Numbered from the stretch's first letter, positions 16,539-26,314 are shown. The stretch is DNA of 41,448 nt from Clostridia bacterium (GCA_017504545.1 JAFVRA010000074.1:1-41448), one strand, 5' to 3'. Notes: generated from the sequence alone by a model not told the origin. Program-made: numbers and translations.

Positions 16539-17450
16539 CTAATTCATTATAACTCTGACCTCGCGTTCAAGCTCGACGCCGAACTCAGAGAAAACCTTCT
16601 CCTTAATTTTTTCTTCAAGCGCAAGAACGTCGGAATAGGTCGCGCCGCCGCGGTTGATGATAAATCCCGCGTGCTTCTCTGACACCTGAGCGCCGCCCAC
16701 GCTCAAGCCCTTAAGACCGCAATCCTCAATAAGCTTGCCTGCAAAATGCCCCTCGGGGCGCTTAAAATAGCTGCCTGCGCTCGGGTACTCAAGCGGCTGA
16801 TTTGCCTTGCGCGAAGCCATATTCTGCGCCATTTTTTCTTTTATCTCTTCCTCGTTCCCGAAAGGCAGTGCAAAGACCGCGCCAAGACAAACGAGATTGC
16901 TTTTGCGCATATATTTGCTGTATCTATAGGAAAAATCGCCATCATAAAGGCGGAAAGTCCTTTGGCTGACTCTGTCGTACGCGATGCTGTACTCAATTAC
17001 GTCCGAGACCGCGCCGCCGTAAGCGCCCGCGTTCATATAGACCGCACCGCCGACGAGCGCAGGGATACCGTAAGCAAATTCAAGTCCCGTGAGTGAATGC
17101 TCGGCGGCAACAGACGAAAGATGCGTCAGTGAGACGCCCGCGCCGCAGAATATTTTGTTGCCGTCAACCGATATTCCGCCGAGCCCCGAGGTAAATATCA
17201 GCGCCCCGTCAAAGTAGTCAAAGGCAAAGAGCAGATTTGAGGCGTTGCCTATTATCTCGCATCTGACTCCCTCGCCGTCTATCAGCGAAAGCGCATCGAC
17301 AAGCTCGCGCTCGCTCTTTGGAAATAACGCGAGAGCCGCACTACCGCCAATTTTAAAGGACGAGCGTGCCGCCACCGAAGAATCAGCGGCGTATTCTATT
17401 CCCGCCGCCGCGAGTGCCTCGATAATTCTTTCTGTTTTCTGCTTCATCAT
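16539..17450 (-). CDS. murB: UDP-N-acetylenolpyruvoylglucosamine reductase
   Basis: 303 aa. FKIGGSA, GNASNLLF, PSAGSYFKRP and GGAQVSEKHAGFIIN are MurB motifs. Confidence 0.9.
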   Translation of the reverse strand: MMKQKTERIIEALAAAGIEYAADSSVAARSSFKIGGSAALALFPKSERELVDALSLIDGEGVRCEIIGNASNLLFAFDYFDGALIFTSGLGGISVDGNKIFCGAGVSLTHLSSVAAEHSLTGLEFAYGIPALVGGAVYMNAGAYGGAVSDVIEYSIAYDRVSQRTFRLYDGDFSYRYSKYMRKSNLVCLGAVFALPFGNEEEIKEKMAQNMASRKANQPLEYPSAGSYFKRPEGHFAGKLIEDCGLKGLSVGGAQVSEKHAGFIINRGGATYSDVLALEEKIKEKVFSEFGVELEREVRVIMN

Positions 17451-18148
17451 CTCTCCTTGACGCCCATAATGACGTTGTAAACGCCATCAAAATCAGAAAC
17501 GGTGTAAGTGGGCGTTGCGACGTCGGTGCAGGGCTTGCCCTTGGGGTTGTACCAGCAGGAGTCGAGAGCATAGTTGTTCGCGCCCTTGATGTCAGAGGTG
17601 AGCGAGTCGCCCACAACTATCGTCGATGACGCGTCAAAATCGGGGATAGCCGCCTCGACCGCCTCAAAATAGCGCTTATCGGGCTTCTCAAAGCCAAGCT
17701 CGCCCGAGATAAATAGCCCGTCAAAATACTTGTCAAGACCCGAATGAGCATAGCGACGGCGCTGAATGAAATCCACGCCGTTGGTAACGATGTACATTCT
17801 CACCTTGCCGTAGAGCGAGTCAAGAAGCGCGCTCGCACCGTCAAGCATATATCCGCGCTGTGAGAGCTGCTCCATATATTCGCGCGCCATAGCACGCGCG
17901 TCAACGCCGCCATAGCCGTAATGCTCACAGAAAAGCTCAAAGCGGCGATAGAGCAGAACGCTCTTCTCTATCTCTCCACGCTCAAGCATCTTCCAGAGCC
18001 CGTCGTTTATTCTGCTGTAGATCGCGACCTTCTCGTCATCGGGCTGAACTCCTGCAAAAAGCATAGTCGCGCGCACCGCCTCGTCCTCGCTTCGAGAGAA
18101 GTCAAGAAGCGTTCCGTCGGCATCAAAAAGCACGGTAGTGTATGGCAT
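17447..18148 (-). CDS. HAD-family hydrolase, YjjG-like 5'-nucleotidase
   Basis: 233 aa. Motif I LFDADGTLLDF, cap region W..LERGEI......RF, motif IV VGDSLTSDIKGA. The stop overlaps the murB start (ATGA). Confidence 0.8.
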   Translation of the reverse strand: MPYTTVLFDADGTLLDFSRSEDEAVRATMLFAGVQPDDEKVAIYSRINDGLWKMLERGEIEKSVLLYRRFELFCEHYGYGGVDARAMAREYMEQLSQRGYMLDGASALLDSLYGKVRMYIVTNGVDFIQRRRYAHSGLDKYFDGLFISGELGFEKPDKRYFEAVEAAIPDFDASSTIVVGDSLTSDIKGANNYALDSCWYNPKGKPCTDVATPTYTVSDFDGVYNVIMGVKER

Positions 18149-18221
18149 AAAGCACCTCCATATCGTATTAATTATATTATACTATTTTTTCCGCACTTTT
18201 GCAATAACTGTTTTAGAAAAA

Positions 18222-18251
18222 TTAAAAAGAAAACCGCCTGCAAGCAGGCGG
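18222..18251 (-). terminator. Rho-independent terminator of the sigma/subtilase module
   Basis: Minus strand reads CCGCCTGC-tt-GCAGGCGG followed by TTTTCTTTTT, ~40 nt after the stop at 18292. Confidence 0.75.
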
Positions 18252-18291
18252 TAATCTAATACTATATCAAGACAATATATAATAAATGTGG

Positions 18292-20364
18292 TTATTCCTT
18301 TTCGCCGTAGTAAAACTCCAAGGTTCCTGCGAGATACGCCTCAACGTCCTCTTCTACCAATACTATAGTGCCGTTGGGAAGAATATAACTGCCGTTGTCT
18401 GTATGAGCAAGTCCCTCGGGAACGCTCTGCAAGGTTCCCATAAACGCACGGCCGCGACACAGCATACAAATAGCGTAGCCGTCAGGACCAACAAAGCCTC
18501 CGGGGGCAACAACGTGAGATGAAGTTACGTACGAATCGCATCTGCAATAAGACTTATGCTTTCCATCCGATTGCCACGTATAGTGATCTGTATATGAATG
18601 ATCGTGTACAACCTTATAAGCAATAGCTCCAAATTCACCCAGATAGCTTTGCGCATCTTCCGCTAAGACAATATCGATTCTAAATGATGAATTGTTTTCA
18701 TTTTGATTAGTGAAAGTCAAATAATCAACGCTTGAATCAACAGTACTCTCCGCAACGTACGTAGATGTTCCTAAATCAAAGATCTTTATTATATAATCAG
18801 TATATTGGGGCTGTGCTGAAGCATTGGGGTTCTGTATTCCTTCAGTAATATTACTGTAATCGCTCACAGAGTTTATAGTTATATTAGCATTTATCATTAT
18901 GGTATCTAAATATGGAATTGTTACTGACTCTTCAAGCACATCCTCCCCTTGACATTCACCATAAATAACAAAATCCGAATGTTCGCCGTTCAGCATACAA
19001 TTTCTCATATTCTGATAATTTATCAATCCAAAACCTGCCTGCTCGTCAAAATAACTTGTCTGAGTAGGAAGCTTTTCGGCGCTCAAGTGTACCAATGACT
19101 TTACTAACTCCGGATTAACTCTAAGACTGGGAAATTCCTCCATCAACAATGCTATTACTCCTGTAACCATAGGTGTAGCTGCACTTGTGCCACCAAAAGT
19201 CCCTTCTATGTTTTCTATGCCGGAAATTTTTCCACCGGGTGCAACAATATCAGGTTTTAATAAGAATTCATTACCTATCTCAACAATTTCCCAATATGAG
19301 CTACTAGATATGTTCTTGTCATAATCTATTGCCCCAACTGTTATAGCATTAAGAGCACAGCCAGGAGAAGTAACACGACTATAGTAATCATATTCACCTT
19401 CAGTTCCTGAAGATTTCACAAATGTGCAACAAGAATTTGAAACTACACTATCAATATAATCATCATATTTTGAGTAATATCCTAAAGGGTCTATCCCACA
19501 ACTCATATTAATAATGTGTACTCCATACGTGTTTATTAGAGTATTGCAAGCTGAAAGTAGACCACTCTCTAAAGGCATACAATATAAATATACATCTTCT
19601 GCTATTCCGGAATTACCACCAATAATAGAAGTTACTTTAGTAGAATGATCCGTTACATTATTTCCCAGAAAAGTATATAACCCTTCTTTTAAATTGACAG
19701 TACTATGCGGACGTCCTTCCTCAATAACACCTACTTTTATTCCGTCTCCGGTAAACTCAGAATCAGCCGCTCCAATATCCTCAATAGCTTCACTAAACGG
19801 ATAGTTAACAGTAGACGTTTCGCTGTTTTGCGTTGCATCATCGGTACCCTGTGTTGTAATAAAGCTACATATAGAGGCAATAATATCTTCATTAGCTTCT
19901 GCTTTACCTACAAGAGAACTCTCATATATCTCATACTCATATACGTCATCGAATATGACCTCAACGTACGGAGCGAAAAAGCTTACGGTGTAATTGCACT
20001 CGTTCAATGACATTTTGTCAACTAACTGTTGGTTATGCTGAAGATAATGTTCTTTTACATTCGCTCTGTGCTGATATAACGCTTCATCAATTTTATCATC
20101 ATCAGCAACAATTCTTGATGCGCTCAGATCAAGCGAAGGATCTTCTCTTGCTTCAACAAGCAAACATATATCGTATTCGTCAGAACTTTCAGCGCTAATT
20201 TCTTGCGCTTCCAGTTTTTTATAGACATCCGATATACTCATTAAATCAATAGAAATTGAAACGCTTTCTTCGGTTGCATCATTAAAAATCGAACCAGTCT
20301 CCTGAAGCGCATAAAAGGGGAAAATACAACATATCGCCAATACTAAACACAAACTCTTAATCAT
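18292..20364 (-). CDS. Secreted S8 subtilase-like protein with non-canonical active-site residues and a Cys-rich C-terminal tail
   Basis: 690 aa. Signal peptide MIKSLCLVLAICCIFPFYA. S8 blocks are GIKVGVIEEG, DHSTKVTSIIGG, IINMSCG, SSGTEG, ITVGAID, DIVAPG and GGTSAATPMVTG. The tail carries C-x-C ... C-x-x-C. Confidence 0.8.
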   Translation of the reverse strand: MIKSLCLVLAICCIFPFYALQETGSIFNDATEESVSISIDLMSISDVYKKLEAQEISAESSDEYDICLLVEAREDPSLDLSASRIVADDDKIDEALYQHRANVKEHYLQHNQQLVDKMSLNECNYTVSFFAPYVEVIFDDVYEYEIYESSLVGKAEANEDIIASICSFITTQGTDDATQNSETSTVNYPFSEAIEDIGAADSEFTGDGIKVGVIEEGRPHSTVNLKEGLYTFLGNNVTDHSTKVTSIIGGNSGIAEDVYLYCMPLESGLLSACNTLINTYGVHIINMSCGIDPLGYYSKYDDYIDSVVSNSCCTFVKSSGTEGEYDYYSRVTSPGCALNAITVGAIDYDKNISSSSYWEIVEIGNEFLLKPDIVAPGGKISGIENIEGTFGGTSAATPMVTGVIALLMEEFPSLRVNPELVKSLVHLSAEKLPTQTSYFDEQAGFGLINYQNMRNCMLNGEHSDFVIYGECQGEDVLEESVTIPYLDTIMINANITINSVSDYSNITEGIQNPNASAQPQYTDYIIKIFDLGTSTYVAESTVDSSVDYLTFTNQNENNSSFRIDIVLAEDAQSYLGEFGAIAYKVVHDHSYTDHYTWQSDGKHKSYCRCDSYVTSSHVVAPGGFVGPDGYAICMLCRGRAFMGTLQSVPEGLAHTDNGSYILPNGTIVLVEEDVEAYLAGTLEFYYGEKE

Positions 20365-20408
20365 CTTTCTTCTCCTTGTTTTTTAATATTTTTAAAATAA
20401 AAATTCAA

Positions 20409-21848
20409 TTACCCCTCGTAAAAACTATAGCTATATATAACCTCTATCCGAGTTACATATTCCAATTCTGCAAAATTCTTGATGACATCATAATCGGCAT
20501 AAAAGTCTGCCAATGCATTTGATAACGGTTCTTCATCCGTGCAATTTTCATCAGCGTGCGAATAAAAGAAGCGTAGATGAGAGATATAATCTCCCAAGCT
20601 AAGGTGTTCATCGGACAGTTCAGAACTGTATTCATTAAAGAAAGCAGTGTTAAGAGTTATAAGTTTGGTGTCCTCACATGCCTTATACCACTCTTCCTCT
20701 GTGGCAAGATCATAATCACAATAAACAAATATTATAATTTTAGCGGGAACCCAGAATTCATCGTTAAGGTTGCTTTTATCACCTTTACTCTCAGCATAAT
20801 GGCGGAATTGACTCCTTTTATAAAAGCCTACTTTGTCTATTGTTTCTTCTTCATTCTCCATAAAATCAAAGAAGTTCTTCAATTCTTCATCCTTAACAAT
20901 AGCGCTTTCAATAACATCTGCAAACCAATCCACTTTAACCATATCAATATAAGATGTGCCATCATCATGCTCGATAGTCTCATAATGATACGAATCTGTT
21001 ACAAGTTGCATGCCGGTATAATAATCTCCGAGTTCCTTATCGTCATAATCTAAAATAAAGCCGTCTGTAAACCTCTTTTGTGATTTTCTCACATAGTAAT
21101 ACTCGCCGTCCAAGTATCTACAAGGAACCGTCACCCACTCGTGATCATACGCCGTGGTGGAGTAATAAACGGCATTTTCCTCGGACGAATTGAGGTAGAT
21201 AAAGGTCTCGTCAAAGGTATCGGCTGCCTTTGTGTTTACGCCCTCGTTAAACTGAGGCTCATAGGGCTGAAAATGCTCCATAGTCGGCACCGCCGCGTCC
21301 TCTGTCATAATGTCCTTGACGAAGAGCGAGGGATTAATTTGAAAGGCTAACGCCATTTGGAGATCTTCGTACTCTTTTGTAATATCGCCGACGTTTGCAT
21401 ATTTGAGCCAAGTGTATTCGCCGCTCTGCTGACCGTCAGCCGAATACGCGCAAACAAAGTAAGGCTTTGAAGGATCAAACGCGACGTGCAGCGCCTGCTG
21501 TCCGTCTCTTATTGCATCCATTTTGTCTGCCGTTGTGATCGCGGGCATATCGTGGTCAACCTCAAGCTCGTTCAAATATTCAACCAAGGCGATAATAAGC
21601 GCATCCTCGGATTTAAGCTCTGTACCGTTATTGACAACAGGCTCTTCAAAGGGCGGAAGTCCCGACCCCGCCGCGAATGCGGTAGTAACGAGCAAGCTCA
21701 GGCACGCTGCTACGACTATCCATTTTATCAAGCCATGCTTATGCGGCTTTCGCAGATTCTTTTTTCCATTTGCACCTTCCGGTGCTGCCGCAAGGACTAC
21801 GTCGGCGTCAATTCCGCCGAGAGCCTCAAAAATATCTTTATTTTTCAT
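20409..21848 (-). CDS. Single-pass membrane protein co-translated with the sigma factor (putative anti-sigma/sensor)
   Basis: 479 aa. ~40-aa cytoplasmic N-terminus (MKNKDIFEALGGIDADVVLAAA), TM LIKWIVVAACLSLLVTTAFAAG, and a large acidic, Tyr-rich ectodomain with no motif I recognise. ATGA overlap with the sigma gene. Confidence 0.6.
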   Translation of the reverse strand: MKNKDIFEALGGIDADVVLAAAPEGANGKKNLRKPHKHGLIKWIVVAACLSLLVTTAFAAGSGLPPFEEPVVNNGTELKSEDALIIALVEYLNELEVDHDMPAITTADKMDAIRDGQQALHVAFDPSKPYFVCAYSADGQQSGEYTWLKYANVGDITKEYEDLQMALAFQINPSLFVKDIMTEDAAVPTMEHFQPYEPQFNEGVNTKAADTFDETFIYLNSSEENAVYYSTTAYDHEWVTVPCRYLDGEYYYVRKSQKRFTDGFILDYDDKELGDYYTGMQLVTDSYHYETIEHDDGTSYIDMVKVDWFADVIESAIVKDEELKNFFDFMENEEETIDKVGFYKRSQFRHYAESKGDKSNLNDEFWVPAKIIIFVYCDYDLATEEEWYKACEDTKLITLNTAFFNEYSSELSDEHLSLGDYISHLRFFYSHADENCTDEEPLSNALADFYADYDVIKNFAELEYVTRIEVIYSYSFYEG

Positions 21849-22399
21849 ACTGTAAACCCTTCCTTCACTAAAAACTCTTTAAGCTTTTCTCGTGTCCGCA
21901 AGAGAAGAACTGCGGCGTTGCTTTCCTTTATCGAAAGCTCGCTCGCGACCTCGGCTATCGTGCATGCGTACCAATAGCGAAGCAAAAACGCCTTCTGCGT
22001 GCGGCTTGGGAGAGAGCGCACGAATCGGTTGAGCGCGTCGCGCAAAAGCAGGCTGTCAACCATTTCCTCTCCCTCTTTTTCGGGAATACACTCTGCAAGC
22101 TCGTCAAGTATAAGTGACACGTTCCCTTCTCTTTTCTGCCTTTTCTGCGCCTTTCTGCGATTCATGGCGATATTTCGGCAGAGCGCGCCGATATAGTGCT
22201 TGAGCGGCTCGGGGCGCTTGGGGGGAATAGTGTTCCAGGCGGCGAGATAGGTGTCGTTCTTTACCTCGAGTGAGTCCTCTTCGTTCTCAAGAATACGGTC
22301 GGCTATGTATTTGCAATAGCGACCGTACTTTTTGTCGGTCTCCTCGATGGCATCCTCAGAGCGTTCCCAAAAGAGATCTAATATTTTACTGTCATCCAT
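21845..22399 (-). CDS. Sigma-70 family (ECF-like) RNA polymerase sigma factor
   Basis: 184 aa. Region 2 is NDTYLAAWNTIPPKRP. Region 4 HTH is AFLLRYWYACTIAEVASELSIKESNAAVLLLRTREKLKEFL. Confidence 0.85.
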   Translation of the reverse strand: MDDSKILDLFWERSEDAIEETDKKYGRYCKYIADRILENEEDSLEVKNDTYLAAWNTIPPKRPEPLKHYIGALCRNIAMNRRKAQKRQKREGNVSLILDELAECIPEKEGEEMVDSLLLRDALNRFVRSLPSRTQKAFLLRYWYACTIAEVASELSIKESNAAVLLLRTREKLKEFLVKEGFTV

Positions 22400-22576
22400 C
22401 TCAAATCTCCTTTCTTTGAAGGTCCTTCACCCTAATAAACAACAAAAATGCCGTCTACATTACACCAAAAATAAAAATTTTTTAAATTTTTTTAATTTTT
22501 TTGCAATTCAATTATACCACCCTCATCCAAGTCTGTCAATCGCGACCAACAAAATAAAAAATATACGCATTGGTAC

Positions 22577-22605
22577 TTGAAAAAAAAAGAAAAGTGCGGT
22601 ATAAT
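22577..22605 (+). promoter_or_regulatory. SigmaA-type promoter of the coaE operon
   Basis: TTGAAA-N17-TATAAT, 50 nt upstream of ATG 22655. Confidence 0.5.
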
Positions 22606-22654
22606 ATAAATTGATAGATTATATTCAGATGAAGGAAGGAGAGAGGCGCGAATT

Positions 22655-23269
22655 ATGAAGATAATCGGCGTAACGGGCCCGTCGGGTGCGGGCAAGGGCG
22701 CGCTCTGCGAGATGTTCAAAAAGCGCGGGATCGTGTGCATTGATGCTGATGCCGTATATCATTCTCTGCTCGTTCCCCCATCCGAGTGTCTTGACGCTCT
22801 GAAGTCCGCTTTTGGAGAGAGCGTTTTTTGTCCCGACGGCTCGCTTGACCGAGCGGCGCTCGGAAGGATAGTCTTTGCCGAGAGCGACAAGCTTGAGCTG
22901 CTCAACTCGACCGTTCTTTCCTTCGTTCTCGCAAAATTCCGAATTATGATAGCCGAGCTTGCCTCTCAGGGCGAGGCGGCGGTCGTGATAGACGCGCCGA
23001 CGCTTATTGAATCGGGCTTTGACAAGGAGTGCGACGCCGTGATCTCGGTGTTAGCGTCCCCCGACGTGCGCGTGGGCAGAATAATGAGGCGCGACTCTAT
23101 CTCGGAGGAAAAGGCGTGGCTTCGCATCAAGGCGCAAAAGAGCGACGAATTTTATATTTCTCACTCGGATGCAATCCTTTGCAACGACGGCTCGCGCGAT
23201 GAGCTTGAAGCGGCGCTGAACGCGCTTCTTAAAGAAAACGACGTCCTCGGAGGTGCTGACAATGACTAA
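22655..23269 (+). CDS. coaE: Dephospho-CoA kinase
   Basis: 204 aa. MKIIGVTGPSGAGKG P-loop at the N-terminus, IDADAVYH, and VIDAPTLIESG are typical of CoaE. Confidence 0.85.
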   Translation: MKIIGVTGPSGAGKGALCEMFKKRGIVCIDADAVYHSLLVPPSECLDALKSAFGESVFCPDGSLDRAALGRIVFAESDKLELLNSTVLSFVLAKFRIMIAELASQGEAAVVIDAPTLIESGFDKECDAVISVLASPDVRVGRIMRRDSISEEKAWLRIKAQKSDEFYISHSDAILCNDGSRDELEAALNALLKENDVLGGADND

Positions 23270-23846
23270 GCTCAAGCGCCCCGTGGCGATATTGATAATA
23301 ATTGCCGTAGCCTTTCTGATAGCTCTGGGAGCTGACGCGCTCGCCTCTCTTGCAGAGAAGCAGATGCACCCTACGGATTTTGAGGAATACGTAGATAAAT
23401 ATTCAGCCGAATACAACGTGCCGAAATATATTATCTTTGCGGTGATAGACGTTGAGAGCGACTTCAAGCCCTACTACACCTCAGAGGCAGGCGCGCGCGG
23501 GCTTATGCAGATGGTTCCCGACACGTTTGAATGGCTGACCTCTGCCGAGCATCTTGGCGAGGATCTCTCGCCCGACGAGCTTTACGAGCCTGAGGTGAAC
23601 ATAAAATACGGTACTTATTACCTTTCGTATCTCTTTGAAAAATTTCACGATTGGGACACCGTCTTTGCCGCCTATAACGCAGGCGAGGGCAACGTCTCAA
23701 AGTGGCTTAAGGACGACGAGTATTCAAGCGACGGAAAGCTTACTCACATTCCCTTCAAGGAGACGAGGGCTCATGTGAAAAAGATCAACGAAGCTATTGA
23801 TTATTATAAAAATACTTACTATAGAAACGAGGCAAACACAAAATGA
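23262..23846 (+). CDS. Lytic transglycosylase (SLT domain), membrane-anchored
   Basis: ATG 23262 lies 8 nt after GGAGG (the track ORF starts at GTG 23253). N-terminal TM. The catalytic ES (VIDVESDFKP), GARGLMQMVP and AAYNAGEGNV are SLT motifs. Confidence 0.8.
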   Translation: MTKLKRPVAILIIIAVAFLIALGADALASLAEKQMHPTDFEEYVDKYSAEYNVPKYIIFAVIDVESDFKPYYTSEAGARGLMQMVPDTFEWLTSAEHLGEDLSPDELYEPEVNIKYGTYYLSYLFEKFHDWDTVFAAYNAGEGNVSKWLKDDEYSSDGKLTHIPFKETRAHVKKINEAIDYYKNTYYRNEANTK

Positions 23847-25210
23847 ACAAGGACATTCTTTACTCTAAGAAAACAGTTTACGAGCAGCTCGGCAAGGAGA
23901 CTACCGAGGCAGCTTTTGCTTATGCAGAGGGCTACAAGAGCTTTCTTGACGCCGCTAAGACCGAGCGTGAGGCTGTAAAGGTCTCTATCGAAATGCTCGC
24001 GGCAAAGGGCTTTAAGGAGTACACTCTTGGAGACAAGGTTGCGGTAGGCGACAAGCTCTACTACAACAACCGCGGCAAGAACCTTTTCGTTTTCACTATC
24101 GGAAGCGAAAGTATTGCAAACGGCATCCGCATAGTAGCGTCTCACGTTGACGCTCCCAGAATAGACCTCAAGCAGTGCCCTCTCTATGAGGATGCAGGTA
24201 TGGCTTACTTCAAGACTCACTACTACGGCGGCGTTCGCAAGTATCAGTGGGTCGCAACCCCTCTCGCTCTCCACGGTGTCGTTATCACCAAGGACGGCAA
24301 GACTATTGACGTATGCATCGGCGAGGACGACAGCGATCCCGTATTCTACATCTCCGACCTTCTCCCCCACCTCAGCGCAGACCAGAACAAGCTTCCCCTC
24401 GCTGACGGTATCAAGGGCGAGCAGCTCAACGTAATTCTCGGAAACATTCCCGAGGAGGACGAAAAGTCCGTAAAGAACGCGGTCATGACGCTCATCTACG
24501 ACAAGTACGGCGTTGTTGAGGAGGATTTCTTCTCCTCCGAGCTTTGCGTAGTTCCTGCGGCTAAGGCTCGCGACGTAGGCTTTGACCGCTCTCTCATCGG
24601 CTCTTACGGCCACGACGACCGCGTTTGCGCTTACCCCTCTCTCACAGCTCTCCTTGAGTCCGAGGACTCCACCCATACCTTGATGTGCATTCTCGCAGAT
24701 AAGGAAGAGATCGGCAGCGACGGTGCGAGCGGAATGCAGTGCGATCTTATGCTTGATATAATCGACGCTATCGCCGCTTCCTTCGGCGTATCTCCCGCTC
24801 TCGTAAGAGCAAATTCCAAGTGCCTCTCGGCTGACGTTTGCCCCGGCTACGATCCCAATTTCGCAGAGGTATTTGAGAAGAGAAACTCCGCATTCGTCGG
24901 ATGTGGCGCGGTATTCACTAAGTACACGGGCGCTCGCGGCAAGTCCTCTACCAATGACGCGAACCCCGAGTTCATCGCTTGGCTCAGAGCGGCTATGGCA
25001 GAAAACGGCGTTATCTGGCAGGCAGGCGAGCTTGGCAAGGTTGACGTTGGCGGCGGCGGAACTGTTGCTAAGTTCATCGCAAAGCACAACATCGAGACCA
25101 TCGACCTCGGCGTTGCTATCATCGCTATGCACGCTCCCTACGAGCTTGTTGCAAAGGTTGACGTTTACGAAACGCACAAGGCTATAAAGGCATTTTATAA
25201 TTTCGATTGA
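23843..25210 (+). CDS. M18-family aminopeptidase
   Basis: 455 aa. IVASHVDAPRIDLKQ, YYGGVRKYQW, SYGHDDRVC, DKEEIGS and AIIAMHAPYE match M18 aminopeptidase 1-type enzymes. Confidence 0.8.
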   Translation: MNKDILYSKKTVYEQLGKETTEAAFAYAEGYKSFLDAAKTEREAVKVSIEMLAAKGFKEYTLGDKVAVGDKLYYNNRGKNLFVFTIGSESIANGIRIVASHVDAPRIDLKQCPLYEDAGMAYFKTHYYGGVRKYQWVATPLALHGVVITKDGKTIDVCIGEDDSDPVFYISDLLPHLSADQNKLPLADGIKGEQLNVILGNIPEEDEKSVKNAVMTLIYDKYGVVEEDFFSSELCVVPAAKARDVGFDRSLIGSYGHDDRVCAYPSLTALLESEDSTHTLMCILADKEEIGSDGASGMQCDLMLDIIDAIAASFGVSPALVRANSKCLSADVCPGYDPNFAEVFEKRNSAFVGCGAVFTKYTGARGKSSTNDANPEFIAWLRAAMAENGVIWQAGELGKVDVGGGGTVAKFIAKHNIETIDLGVAIIAMHAPYELVAKVDVYETHKAIKAFYNFD

Positions 25211-25231
25211 TCATCTTCTCGCGAGGGTTAT

Positions 25232-26314
25232 ATGTTAGAAAAGCTGAAGGACGCCGAGGTCCGCTACTCTGCCATTGAGGGCGAGCTTGCCTCCCCCGAT
25301 ATATTCTCCGATCAGGAGCGCTTCACCGCGCTTATGAAGGAGTATAAGGCACTGACTCCCATAATTGAAAAATACCGCGAATATAAGTCTGTCTCTGCCG
25401 AGGGCGAGGATCTTCGCTCTATGCTTGAGGACTCGCTCGACCCCGAGATGCGAGAGCTCGTGAACGCGGAATACAAGGAAATAAAGCCGAGGCTTGAGGC
25501 TCTTCTTGAGGAGCTGAAGATACTTCTTCTGCCCCGTGACCCCAACGACGATAAGAACGTTATGGTCGAGATCCGAAGCGGAGCGGGCGGCGAAGAGGCC
25601 GCACTCTTTGCAGGAGTTCTCTACCGTATGTACACTATGTACGCTGAATCCGCAGGCTTTAAGGTCTCGTTGATGAACGCCAACGAGACCGAGCTTGGCG
25701 GTTTCAAGGAAATAACCTTTATGATAGAGGGCGACGGCGCTTATTCAAGATTTAAGTTTGAAAGCGGCGTTCACCGCGTGCAAAGGGTCCCCGAGACAGA
25801 GTCTCAGGGTAGGATACAGACCTCCACCGCAACAGTTGCGGTGCTTCCCGAGGCTGAGGACGTCGAGGTGGAGATAAACCCCACCGATATAATCATCGAG
25901 TCCTGCAAGTCAAGCGGCGCGGGCGGTCAGCACATCAACAAGACCGAATCTGCCGTAAGACTTACACACAAGCCCACGGGAATAGTTATAGAGTGTCAGG
26001 AGGAGCGAAGCCAGTTCAAGAATCGCGACAAGGCACTCAAAATGCTCAAGACCAAGCTTTACGATATGAAGGTCACCGAGCAGAACGAAAAAATAGCGTC
26101 CGACCGCAAGAGCCAGGTTGGAACGGGAGACCGAAGCGAGCGCATACGCACCTACAATTATCCTCAGGGGCGCATTACCGACCATCGCATAGGTCTTACC
26201 CTCTACTCGCTTGAGAGCTTCCTAAACGGAAATATCGGCGGTATGATGGACGCGCTTATAACCGCCGACACGGCGCAAAAGCTGAAGAATTCAGAAGGTA
26301 CTTCAAGAATATGA
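25232..26314 (+). CDS. prfA: Peptide chain release factor 1
   Basis: 360 aa. GGQ motif (SGAGGQHINKTESAVRLTH) and a P-x-T type anticodon-like motif (VPETESQGR) rather than the SPF of RF2. Confidence 0.9.
   Translation: MLEKLKDAEVRYSAIEGELASPDIFSDQERFTALMKEYKALTPIIEKYREYKSVSAEGEDLRSMLEDSLDPEMRELVNAEYKEIKPRLEALLEELKILLLPRDPNDDKNVMVEIRSGAGGEEAALFAGVLYRMYTMYAESAGFKVSLMNANETELGGFKEITFMIEGDGAYSRFKFESGVHRVQRVPETESQGRIQTSTATVAVLPEAEDVEVEINPTDIIIESCKSSGAGGQHINKTESAVRLTHKPTGIVIECQEERSQFKNRDKALKMLKTKLYDMKVTEQNEKIASDRKSQVGTGDRSERIRTYNYPQGRITDHRIGLTLYSLESFLNGNIGGMMDALITADTAQKLKNSEGTSRI

Noticed and set aside
15635-17450. murB directly abutting whiA without the usual rapZ/yvcK genes, as a possible deletion or rearrangement
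   Set aside because: The junction is tight (1 nt) and clean. Gene order varies among Clostridia, so this is not evidence of anything unusual without comparative data.
23819-25177. 452-aa minus-strand ORF
   Set aside because: It is antisense to the M18 aminopeptidase gene, which has clear family motifs. The peptide is low-complexity and V/L/A-rich.
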